Source: Antedon mediterranea | Taxonomy: Eukaryota > Animalia > Echinodermata | DNA length: 64,000 nucleotides | Direction of reading: 5' to 3' | Assembly: GCF_964355755.1 (NCBI RefSeq) | Contig: NC_092671.1 | Coordinates: 2,046,001 to 2,110,000, forward strand | Shown: in pieces, positions 39,623-51,595 of the stretch | Position numbering within the stretch: the stretch's first letter is position 1 | Layout of the letters: every line of letters starts with the position of its first letter | The notes under the pieces: generated by a model | Seen by the model: only the letters and a program-made list of their open reading frames with translations | What the model was told of the DNA's origin: nothing | The model's database searches: none | Translations under genes and position numbers: made by a program

Positions 39623-42600
39623 TCACATTTGGTCTGGCTTTCCAATCGTCATCACAGATGTAGGTATTGACCCAATAGTGGTTTCTTCCACAGCCATGAT
39701 GATGTCATTATCTTCGTTATCGTTGTTTGCACGTACAGCTGCAGACTTTGGCTTTTGATGTGTCTTAAGATGTTTCGACAAATGATCACTCCGCATAAAT
39801 CTCTTTGGACACAGCTCACATGAAAATTTCTTTTCACCTTAAATTAAAAAGATACATTAATAGTTAAGTAGATTTAGGTGCAATAATATGTCACATGATG
39901 TTCAGCATCTTTTCAAAGGAGTGTGTTGGTTAAGTGAATGTGTTATGCGCGATTTGAACGATTTGCGCAATTTGAAATTGCGCAAAAAAAATCCTTGCGC
40001 AATTTGAATTGAAACATGTGTTTCAAATTGCGCAAGCAACGTATTAAATTGCGCAAGTAATCTGCAAATTGCGCAAGGTTTTTCGACAGATTGTGAAATC
40101 ATGCAAACCCATATTTTTATAGTAATTTCTAAGAATGATTCAAAATTAAAGATAAATATCGCATTTCCTTATTTTAGTAGTGCAAATATTGTTATAAGTT
40201 AGCATACCGTCGAAGAACCGACGAAGGAAAACGAAGCGGTGGTGTTCCACCAGGCGGGCGCGGCGCGGGCGGCCGGCTATACTACTCTAGCCTAGCTAGG
40301 GTCTGGACTACTGATACTGACTAGGTTACATGGCCTAGCTTAAACTAATATTAAAAACTTAAAAAGTGAGTATTAAACATTATCTTCATTGAAATGGTCT
40401 TATTTATATAATAAAATACTAAATTTTAAACTCCTCTGCCTAGGCCTAGCCTAGCCATGTATGGGAAAATTTACAGTTCGTTTTCAAATTGCGCAAAGGT
40501 GTCATATTGCGCAAGAACTATCTTGCGCAATTTAAAATTGCGCAAAGATTTTCTTGCGCAATTTGAAATTGCGCAAGTTGATTGCGCAATTTGAAATTGC
40601 GCAAAAAAATCCTTGCGCAATTTTAAATTGCGCAAGAATTCTTTGCGCAATTTCAAATTGCGCAAGGATTTTTTTGCGCAATTTCAAATTGCGCAAATCG
40701 TTCAAATCGCGCATAACAAATGCACTGCCATGCATCAAAAGACAAGGCTTGCTACAAACATGGGTGCTTCTACAGTACCCATGCTAGGATAGTAGAGCCT
40801 ACCGAAAATGGCACATGTATGCACATTGGAATGTGAGGGGTTATTTTTGGTATTCAAAACAAATAATAGGGAAATCTCAATTATCAGGAGATCTGGTCTT
40901 GATTCAAACAAAGATCAATATTGGAAAGTACACAGGAGCACTCAAACAAAAGTATGCAGTGACAAAATATGCAGTGATTTGAATAGTGACTAAACCATTG
41001 TTGGTATTGGCGTACACTTTTGTGTCTGGCTCATTACCACAGGTTAAGTATGACTTGAATTGCATGCAAAGACTGTACTAACCAGTATGAGTCCTAATAT
41101 GCCGTTGCAGCTCATCAGAGCGAGTGAACCTCTTTCCACAATACAACCACTGACATACAAAAGGACGCTCCCCTGAATGCCAGCGCAAATGAGCTCTCAA
41201 GTGACTGGTCTTGCCGTACATCTTATTACAACCAGACACGTGACAAATATGCTGTTTCTTTTTACCATCCGTTCTGAAAAGATAATAGTAGGATATTCTA
41301 TTGTTCATAGTTAAACTGTACTGTTAGGGGTTTAAAGGAACTAGAACATGTTATCTAGGAATACTCTACAGGTAGGGGTTAACCAAAATTAGGAAACAGT
41401 ATCTACTTTTAGTCTGGATTAACCAGATGGAACACACACATTTATTTTTAGAAATTACCGGTAGGGTAGCAAATGGAGCATGGTATCTTTGAATATTAAA
41501 AAGGATAGTGGAATCAGCATTAAATGCATTCTAATCTCATTTAAAAATTTTACAGCCAAAACATGATTGTTGTACTGTAGCTTTCAATCCTTTTAAGAAA
41601 CAAAACTATCATTCTCATAAAAACACATTATTGATAATTCCCTCTTCCTCCCCTACCCCTCCCTCCTTATAATATCAATCTTTTAGCTACTGTACTGTAC
41701 CTTGAATCGCCATTTTTACAGTTCGGGCAAGTACAAGCCACCCTCTTCAATCTCTTTCCTGGATTTACTGGCACATTAGCATCGTCCGTTGCCGGGGCGG
41801 CATATTGAGTAACTACTTGGCTAGCATCTTGGATGGTCACTTGTTGCTGCGTCCACTTTTTACTGTCCAACGTCTGAACAATTTGAGGAGCTAAAAACAA
41901 ACAATAATATGTTAGTGTTTTACACTATAATACTGTAGGCTGATGATTTGTATGTATCTTTGGTTTAGCTATTAAATAAAAAAACATTTGATTCAATAAG
42001 GTACAGTATAATGAAATACAATAATTCAATTTTAGTTACCAATTTAAATAAAAAAGTAAAATGTTCTGATTACTAAAGACAGTCTCTGTATAATAATTAT
42101 TAAAACACTAAAATCTCAAGTCTAAGCCTAATAATTTAAATGGAATACTAACAGTAACATGAGCTAATATTTACTTAACATTTAAGTGGACGTAATTACT
42201 ATTTAACTAGTGTACGTGCCTCATCTGCGTATGTTAGCACATACTTATATTATAATACAAATTCAACGATGGTAAGACCAAAATTTCTTTCTTTTAAATT
42301 TTTTTATCAAACAATCAATAATTTAAAATACAAGATTATTTTAAACAAATTTATAGATAAAATTAATAAACTAATTCAGTATCTTCCATTAAAATTTTAA
42401 TATTAATAAACTCATAATTTTTACTCAATTTGTAATTCATAATTTACACAAGAGATAAAAATGTTATGAGATACAGGTATAACAAAAACCATCAGTTTGA
42501 TTTACATTTTAAAATTTGTAGGGAAAAAGCAATTGAATGAATTGCGTTTTAAAATTGCTTTAAAAATACTACATGATTGTATCTAAGTCACAAGTTAACA

Positions 42601-45600
42601 CTTGATTCTGCAGGCTCTACATTTTGAACAATACATATGATTTCTAGCTCTTCTACACTTATACCCTTTTTACACTATCGACTGAGAGAGGAACACGAGT
42701 TGAACTCGGAGGCAATTTCCATTTACACTAGCCAAAAAAACTGCGAGATAAACTTGAGTTGCGCCCATTTACACTACATCGATCACCCCGGTGCTGTCAA
42801 TCAAACCACTATTGCAAGCGCACACCACGTGGAACTTAACTGACTATGGTTCAACTTTAAACGTTTAAACACTGGAACATATCAACAAATCTCATAAAAA
42901 CATAATAATCTGAATTTACACATAATTTATTTAATTTTGAATGTAGTCCAGTGTAATATTTTCTTTGTGGCTATTAAGATTATCATTTATTATTTTAAAA
43001 ATTAGGGCCTAACAATTATTTTTCTTTTTAAAATGACTGCATTTCCGCCTTGTAGACTGTAGTACATTAAATAGGCCTTAAATTGTTAGGTTGGCGTAAA
43101 AATAGGGTAGGTACGGTAAGTATTTAAAATAAAAATGTATTTTTTAATTAGCATAAACAATGTATCAATGAAGGAAAATTATTATATGGTACTTTTTCAG
43201 TTCCTAAAAAGATATCGTTTTCATCCATTGAGATGTCAGTATTATATATATTTTTCCCTTTTTCAATAATTAGGCCAACATAAAATAGGTCAGGGTAGAG
43301 TTACACCAATATTACATTATTTTAGGCTTTCTGGTAAGGTACAGAATGCACACGAACAATTTCAATATTTTCAGTAGAAAAGAAAAATCAAAAATTTGTT
43401 TGTGCCTTTAAAAAAAAAATAACAAACAGCACAATATATCGTACAATTATTATTGTTTAACAGCTCGGTGTTGAACCACAACCACTTCGTGTCTCCGGTG
43501 TAGATTCGACTACACCGGAGAAGGTACACCGGAAAACATTCAGCTTTGTTTCACCCCGGGTAGAGCACACCGGGGTGGTTGGATTTTCCCATTTACACCA
43601 GTCAATAAAAACCACAACACCGGCGTTTAACGGCCCGGTGTACTAACAACCGCGGGGTTACACCGCTGTTACGGTGATAGTGTAAAAGGGGTATTATATA
43701 TTACGCCAATACTAGCTAGTCATTAGTTTAAAATTGAATAATACTAGCTCTCTACAATAGTCATTAGTTAAACATTACACTGTACATTGTCACAATACAA
43801 TGGCTGCTACCAATGTAGCTCTAGCGGGTATTGCTAAACACCGCAAACCTCCAAAAAAACATAGCAAACCCCATCGAACCAACATAAAAGTGATTGAATT
43901 ATGTAGTGTACAACCCACTGGGTATATCCATGTAAAAAAAATATTAAATTTCTACGGTTAACTACTTATTTTTGGGGTAAAACCTCATTTTTTGGTCAAA
44001 AATGATTGCTAAACTCCGCAAACCTCCAAAAAAATATAGCAAACCCATGTAAAAAAATTATTAAATTTCTACTGTTAACTACATATTTTTGGGGTAAAAC
44101 ATCATTTTTTGGTCAAAAATGATTGCTAATTTTTGACCAAAAAATGATGTTTTATCCTCAAAAAAGTAGTTAACAGTAGAAATTTAATAATTTATATACC
44201 CAGTGGGTCGTACACTACATTATTCAATCACTTTTGTGTTGGTTCGGTGGGGTTTGCTATGGTTTTTTTTTAGGTTTGCGGGGTTTAGCAATCATTTTTG
44301 ACCAAAAAATGATGTTTTACCCGAAAAATAAGTTGTTAACAGTAGAAATTTAATATTTTTTTTACATTGATATACCCAGTGGGTTGTACACTACATGATT
44401 CAATCACTTTTATGTTGGTTCGGTGGGGTTTGCTATGTTTTTTTGGAGGTTTGCGGGGATTTGCGGGGTTTAGCAATACCCGCTCTAGCTATTATTAGTT
44501 TAACACTGTAAATTGTCACAACAATACAATGGCTGCTACCAATGTAGCTCTAGCTATTAGTTTAACACTGTACATTGCCACAATAATGGCTGCTACCAAT
44601 GTAGCTCTAGCTATTAGTTTAACACTGTACATTGTCACAATACAATGGCTGCTACCAATGTAGCTCTAGCTATTAGTTTAACACTGTACATTGTCACAAT
44701 ACAATGGCTGCTACCAATGTAGCTCTAGCTATTAGTTTAACACTGTGCATTGTCACAATACAATGGCTGCTACCAATGTAGCTCTAGCTATTAGTTTAAC
44801 ACTGTGCATTGTCACAACAATACAATGGCTGCTACCAATGTAGCTCTAGCTATTAGTTTAACACTGTACATTGTCACAATACAATGGCTGCTACCAATGT
44901 AGCTCTAGCTATTAGTTTAACACTGTGCATTGTCACAATACAATGGCTGCTACCAATGTAGCTCTAGTTATTAGTTTAACACTGTGCATTGTCACAATAC
45001 AATGGCTGCTACCAATGTAGCTCTAGCTATTAGTTTAACACTCTACATTTGAACAATACATGAATACTTTAGGTAGCTCTATTTACCGTATATTTCGGTG
45101 TATAAGTCGCCCTTTTGACACGCAAATTTGACCTCTAAATTAAGGGTGCGTCTTATACACCAAACATAAATGCCTCACTACACAGATTGTACATAGGCCT
45201 ATGCTATCATCACCTCGTTTGCTACTGCTAGGCCTAGCTACAGTAACTAACTAACGTAACGGCAACCTGCTTCTGCCTAGTTTTCAAGGCATTTTAGCAT
45301 GATGTTATACTAAATATGATGAAAAGATTTGTTCATTATGGCACTCCCATAAAATTTCATTTGTAAACGTTTACGTACGATTAGAATAGTATTTATTTAT
45401 ACAGTAGTTATACGCACGATCGCCGTACCCCCAGCGGAGACCTTTCTTGGTGGCCACATGGTGTATTTATAGTTATACGCACGACCGCCGTACCCCTAGC
45501 CTAGCGCAAACCCTTCTTGGCGGCCACATGGTGTACGGTATTCGACTAGTATATTCTCCAGTTGATTATAGCATGGACCTAGCGTATACACTTCTCGGAT

Positions 45601-48600
45601 ACATAGATACTAATCGAATACGATTGTCCGTGAAAACGTGCGCCCTCTCGAAATGATCGAGCGAGGCTAGCCCACACACGTACGTGTTACACACACGGTC
45701 ATGCACTCGATGTTGCGGCGAAACTCATGAATAACAAGTTAGAAAGAACTTGTTGAGGCTGGGCGCGGCCGAGCCTAGGTATGAAAAAACCTAAATAAAG
45801 GACGCCGTTGTAGATATAACAAAATATATTATTACAATAATATTGATTACAATTTAAAAAAAACATTCTTTTGATGAAAAATAAGGTGCGTCTTATACAT
45901 CGACGATATAAAAAATACCGATATTTTACTCTCAGTTAGGGGGTGCGTCTTATACACAGGTGCGACTTATACACCGAAATATACGGTAGTTTAATAATAG
46001 TCTCTATTTTGAACAATAGACATGATTGTTAATAGTCACTAGTTGATTTAAATAATTGTGCGACAGTACTTAGCTAATAGTGAGATTGAAAGGTGATGAA
46101 GCTGGTGATGCTAATGAATATTCATTAATAATTAAGTAAACTGCTTTTGGGGAGTGGCTTGTGTAACAAGAAATGCTGACCTTGGGGAAGGCACCCAATA
46201 TTCTAAACTGCCTTAATTTATGATAATTTAAAGTTCAGAAAACAGCTCTTTAAACATAGCATCAAAAAAGTAAATAAATTCAAATAAAAAGAAAATAATT
46301 GAGAGCTAATGCACATGAATGAGTTAATAAACTTAAATAATAAAAATAAAACACAAAATGATTTTGAAATTTAGAAGAAAACATAATTATAGACTGTCTC
46401 TAGGTATAGGACTTTCAACAGTAATCCTATTCATGAATACTTAACCATAATACAACTATTTTATAAGAAAATTGACAATAAATAAAAAAGAAATAGTAAC
46501 TTAGTACTATTAGTAGTGTAGTAAACAAGTTAAAAACAATAAACAAACAAACAAAGTAGTCCTAACTGTAACTTCTCAGGTTTTCAATTATTATTGATAA
46601 TGCCAATTTTTTGCACAGATGTTGAAAGTTAGTTTGTTGTTTAAAGTATCTGTCAATTTGTTATTTCAATAGTGTATGGGATATGAAGCAGAATAATCAT
46701 CATTGTCTATAACTGTCAGTAATTTCAACTGACAGCAAGCAAACTTTCTAACATCAATAATAATATATTATACAGTTGACTAGAATTTAAAAGTGAAAAT
46801 GATGGTTTTATTCACGGTCAATCAAAACGTTAAAAAAACAAACCATGTTTTTTCTCTCTATTAGTATTAATAATCTGTCAATCTACCAAATTGATTGGTA
46901 TGGGACTGGTTTATTGTATAGGTAATCAATTTTGTATCGCATGCACCCATTGAAAGAAAATTTATTTTGGAATTTTTGCATTTGTATTATCATTTTTACC
47001 AACAAAATTGAATGAACAAAAGTACAGTATGCAACAATGAAGTGTATGAGATAAGGTAATTACAATTGTTATGTTACCATGTAAATATAAATGTCTCAGG
47101 GTCACAATGAATAATATGACAAACATAATTACAGATACAGATCAATTTTGTTCTTTGTCTAAATAGTGAAATGTGAATTTGATTGACAAGAAATGTTCTT
47201 TTTTTTTTCATATTTCCTATTTTTCTTCAAGAAATCTAATTAATCTGGTTTTAAAATAGTAAATATGACAAATTAATAACTTTTAATCTGTATAGCATCT
47301 GCTATTAATGTAGTTAATTATAATTATATTTCACACAATGAAATTTATAACATTTTAATTATTTGTCAATGAAAAATAATTATAATTATTTAAAATGTTT
47401 AGTACTCACCAGCAGCATTTGCTATTTGTCCTGCAGTTGTTGTAGATATTCCTTGTCGGATCTGAGTGGACACCGTTGGTACAGTTAACGTTGGCACGTT
47501 ACTGTAACTCTGCACGGCAACAGTTGGATTGGCAAGACCGATACTCGTACCAGAAACAGCGGCCAGGATGGGCTGGCCCTGAGCATTTGTACCGGATATG
47601 TTCAAGCCTTGGAGTTGAACTTGCTGCAAGTTTAACGTATTCGGTATAGATTTCATAGTTAAGAACGGACTCTGAAGCAACGTTGTACCCTGGGTATTTA
47701 CCGCTTGCGCAATGACCTGTTGCGATTGCGTACTGACTTGCGTCGGAGCTTGCGTTCGAACCGTGATAGCTCCCTGATGAGGTTGTAATATTGTTTGTTG
47801 TGGGTGAATGGAAATAGTCTGCTGGGGTTGAACTGCGACCTGTTGCGGTTGCAGTGTAATGTGTTGCGGCTGTATGACATTAACGATTTGAGCACTCTGG
47901 GATTGCGGTTGCTGAATTGTAAATACTGGACGTTGCTGCTGTTGTTGGAACGCAACAACCTGTTGCAGTTGTTGCTGCAACTGAGTTGCAGGGTCTTGAA
48001 TCTTCGCATCTTGTTGAAATGAAATCGTGCCCTGTTGAGGCTTTATGTTCTGCGTCGTTAAAATATTCTGCGGTTGGGACGTTGTAGAGGTCACATTGTG
48101 AGAACTGACCTGTTTTAAATCAACCGTTGATTGTGTCCTGTCTTGCTTATTAACAGTCTGATCAGCTGACGCAAATGTAGCGTCAGAAATGTCCTGCTGA
48201 AATATCTGTTGGGGTGCAACGATACTGTAAACTTGACCCCCTCCCTGGTCACTGCTAGCAACAGAAACATTTGGGGAGGGTGCAAGTTGTAACGTTAACC
48301 CCTGTGAGTTAAGTGCAGTTAACCGAGGAACTGAAAAGTTTTGGACTAATTGTCCATTTGTTGAAATTATTTGTCCGGTAGGCAAAGCAAAACCTGAAGT
48401 AGCAGCAGAGGAGAGATTTAAATTAGTTTGTGCTGGAGCAGTAGCTCTGAGTATTGCCTGATTTGTACCAGGAATTTGTGTTGCAATTAAACTTCCATCT
48501 GAATCAAGATGTAGCTGAGGAATTATACTGTACTGCAGTAAATTAGTATTGTTCAAAATTTGTGGTTGTAAAATTTGCTGAGAATTGATTCCTGTTGCTA

Positions 48601-49101
48601 TCACAGTTTTAACGGGCGAACCGTCCACTATTTGAGCAGTTGTTCCAGTAGGCAACTGTGTCGCGCTCGCAAACCGAACGGGAACGGGCAGTCCAGTTTG
48701 AATGGGTTGAGCAATGGACGCCTGTGGCACAGCGGTAACAATATTTCCTGTTGCTGTTGTTATGAATTCACCAGCCTGATTTTGGCCTAGAATCTTTACA
48801 GTTGTTTGAGGAGCATGAGTTGTTGTTCCCCCTGTCTCCGCAACAGTTCCAATCTTACTACATGTGGCTGCTAACATCGCGAGGGGGGAAGGCTGGATAT
48901 CCTAAAAAACAAGGGGCGGGAACAAAGAAGTGGGTGTGAAAAAGCGGTATACACACAAGGAAGTTTTCATGAACGAAAGACAAACGATATGTACACATTA
49001 AAAATAGGTATAACCTATAAATAATTTTTTTTAATTACCTGTGATGCACTGGAAGGTTGAATATAATCACTCTGTGGTCTAGCAATGGCAACTGTAGCCA
49101 T
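39623..49101 (-). CDS. SP1/2/3/4-like: Sp1-4 clade C2H2 zinc-finger transcription factor, 5 coding exons, about 716 aa
   Basis: Exons 49039-49101, 47410-48901, 41701-41890, 41083-41273, 39623-39837. Sp box [18 protein letters not shown]; Q/S/T-rich activation region; buttonhead box [10 protein letters not shown]; three fingers [67 protein letters not shown]. Confidence 0.96.
39941..40718. mobile_element. Ginger-like non-autonomous DNA transposon, copy 1 (last Sp intron)
   Basis: TIRs TGTTATGCGCGATTTGAACGATTTGCGCAA / TTGCGCAAATCGTTCAAATCGCGCATAACA with a 4-bp TSD AATG. TGT..ACA ends plus a 4-bp TSD fit the Ginger superfamily. Confidence 0.85.
42662..43693. mobile_element. Harbinger-like non-autonomous element, family H3
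   Basis: TIRs TACCCTTTTTACACTATC / GATAGTGTAAAAGGGGTA with a TTA..TTA duplication; internal CCCATTTACAC repeats. Confidence 0.75.
43825..44482. mobile_element. About 660-bp foldback (near-whole-length palindrome) element inserted in a minisatellite unit
   Basis: CGGGTATTGCTAAAC..CGCAAACCTCC / GGAGGTTTGCGG..GTTTAGCAATACCCG, centre near 44125, CTCTAG on both sides. Confidence 0.85.
44490..45045. repeat. 59-bp minisatellite, about 9 copies plus one unit left of the foldback element
   Basis: TATTAGTTTAACACTGTACATTGTCACAATACAATGGCTGCTACCAATGTAGCTCTAGC in tandem. Confidence 0.95.
45086..45986. mobile_element. Tc1/mariner (Tc2/pogo-like) non-autonomous element
   Basis: TIRs CCGTATATTTCGGTGTATAAGTCGC / GCGACTTATACACCGAAATATACGG with a TA TSD; subterminal GGTGCGTCTTATACAC repeats. 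Confidence 0.88.
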
Positions 49102-49439
49102 TTTAGGCCCAATATTCGCATTTGTGATAACAATTTGAGCGTTGGATAGTGATGTTTCCGACATGAATATAATCTTCGCAATCCACACACTCCATCTGCT
49201 CATTTAAACCGCATTACTAATCTTGTCATACCAAATATTAATACGCCTCGCAGACGTAAACAAAACCTTATTTTTACTAATTTATGCAACAGATAAACAT
49301 ACATCATTTACAGGAATTGTTTGTAAATAAATTTATCATTTTCCTACAAAAATATTACAGAAGCAAACTTTGGATATACAAAATAAAGGTACTATTTAAG
49401 AATCAAATCGCAGTTGTTATTCGTGTAGCGGTCTGCCTT

Positions 49440-50230
49440 GATGTGCAATGATTGACAGGGGAGGGACAAACGCGAGAGTTCAAAGGAAATACCCGACATT
49501 AGTTTCGAATTCCCAAAGTACCCATTCGAAGGAAAAAATATGGACTGTTTCCTTGACGAACGAAACAACAAAAGAGTTGATCTGCAATTTTGTAATTTCT
49601 TGTTTACAAAAAAATGAAAAATTCATACCACGCCTTCCGGGGGACGAACGACGGAAGACATAATTTGCATAAATTGCTCTAAAAAGATTTGATTGATTAC
49701 TTTGTAAGTGGACAAATTACTCACGGCCGTTGAGGAGGCGGACGTGATGAGCAAAGACCATCACCCATTGGTCAACAAACATCAAAGACACCGACACTAT
49801 GAAAAACATCAGAACGTACTTAAAACTAGACTGGTCGTCGTGAGCCGAATCTGTCTCACATCAAATTCAAATATTAATTTCTCAAAATTAATCTATCACT
49901 AAATAATGCTTAAATTGTATGATACTGTAGTGAACTTACGGTTAGGGACCATCTTTAATATTAATTCATGAACAAAAAAATAATACAACCCTGATCTGCA
50001 TGACTGGCTTATGAGGCTGGCTAATCCGTGGTTAGGGTTGGCCATAGGACAAAAGGGGGCGGAATAATTGTTAATCTGTCTGGCACTCTGCTTATATGGA
50101 ACACTCACAATTAAGCGTATTACGGTGAAAAGTACAAAGAATAAACCTTTCTGTGTTAATTAGGTATGTCATAGGTCAAATCTTATTATAATTAGCACCA
50201 ATTGACTTGTTTAAATATTTGCAAAGGCGT
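49440..50230 (-). promoter_or_regulatory. Putative Sp gene promoter region
   Basis: Locally CpG-richer. GC boxes GAGGCGGAC (about 49735) and GGGGGCGGA (50055-50063), GGCGTGG (about 50226), octamer ATTTGCAT (49663-49670), ETS core CGGAAG, and ATTGG. Confidence 0.45.
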
Positions 50231-51595
50231 GGACAATAAGTGTTTATTTGATAATATTGATTTAATAAAACCTAATTTAATTAGTGTCACTATAAACTAA
50301 AAGCATCTTGCAATACTCAAGTCTTAATTAAAAAATATTTAAAATAATTTTTTTAATAGGTCAGATGTATCACAATTAATATTTATTATATAATTTTTTT
50401 TAAATCTTATATTTACTGTATAAATAAATTAATATAAATTACCAACAATTTTGAAACAGATGTTTTTATTTCACTTTAAACTGAGAGATTATTTAAAGGG
50501 TTAATATTTAGAATATAAAAGTGCTGTTTCTGTCAGAAGAGACAATACTGCAGGTTGTTTATTGTCACTAGACCTGATACAGTACATACAACAATCAATT
50601 GTTATCTGAATAGTATGAAAATTACTCACAATCATAATCACTACAATCAACTTTTTTCTTCAAGTTTTTATATTTTGCTCTTTCTACATTTTCTCGCATA
50701 AATTATTTGCTTATAATTTTTTTTAAAACATTGCCAATGAAATGATTACAAACTCAATAGTTAGTCTTCAAGAAAATTTATTTTACGATTTTATTAATTG
50801 AAGACAAAGATAAAATAGATAAGATCTAAAGAGAGATAACTTATACATTATTATGATCAGATAAAACCAAAATAAATGTTACATAAGGAGTTAAAAGATA
50901 ATATGGTCTTAAGTAGATAAAAAGAAATTAGGCAATTAAAATTATTATGGCACACCAACGTTCTTTGAATTTTGTGAAGCGAGTCAAAAATTAACTTTTC
51001 CAAGGCTGTAGCTAGGATTTTTTATAAATTAATTAGGCTGCTTGTGTAGTCTAAAGGCAAAACTAACCCTTAAGATCTGTCAACACTATAAAACTTCATG
51101 TGACAACAAATGTTAGGTGCCCATATATGGACATGATGATGTCATATCGCTACCATATTTAGGTATATCACTACCATATTTAGGTATATCACTACCATAT
51201 TTAGGTATATCACTACCATATTTGGACACATTTTTTTATAAAGTTTGATAGTGTAAAGCTTTAGACAGAGCTTTACAGGCTTGATTTGTTGTACAAATTT
51301 GGCACCCTTTAAAATGTTCTTGGTCTCACCACACTTTGTTTTGTGGTAGCGTTAAACTGCAAATAATAAATACCTGTACTATTTTCTGAAAGTATTCTAA
51401 AATGTAAAATGGCCAATTTTGGAATGATTTCCCTGTGAATAGAACAAAAGACAATGTTTCAACATTACAGCAAACCACTATTCAGAGAACACCTTTATTA
51501 AGAGGACACTTTGTTGGGTCCTAAATGTATTCCCTAATAGAGGCTCTACTGCATTCTAAATATACCATCAATATCATCAACAAATTCATTTGAAA

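Noticed and set aside
39902-40787. Short ORFs with LRNFKLRK / AQFEIAQ repeats (also 62057-62445)
   Set aside because: Products of the TTGCGCAA array in the MITE.
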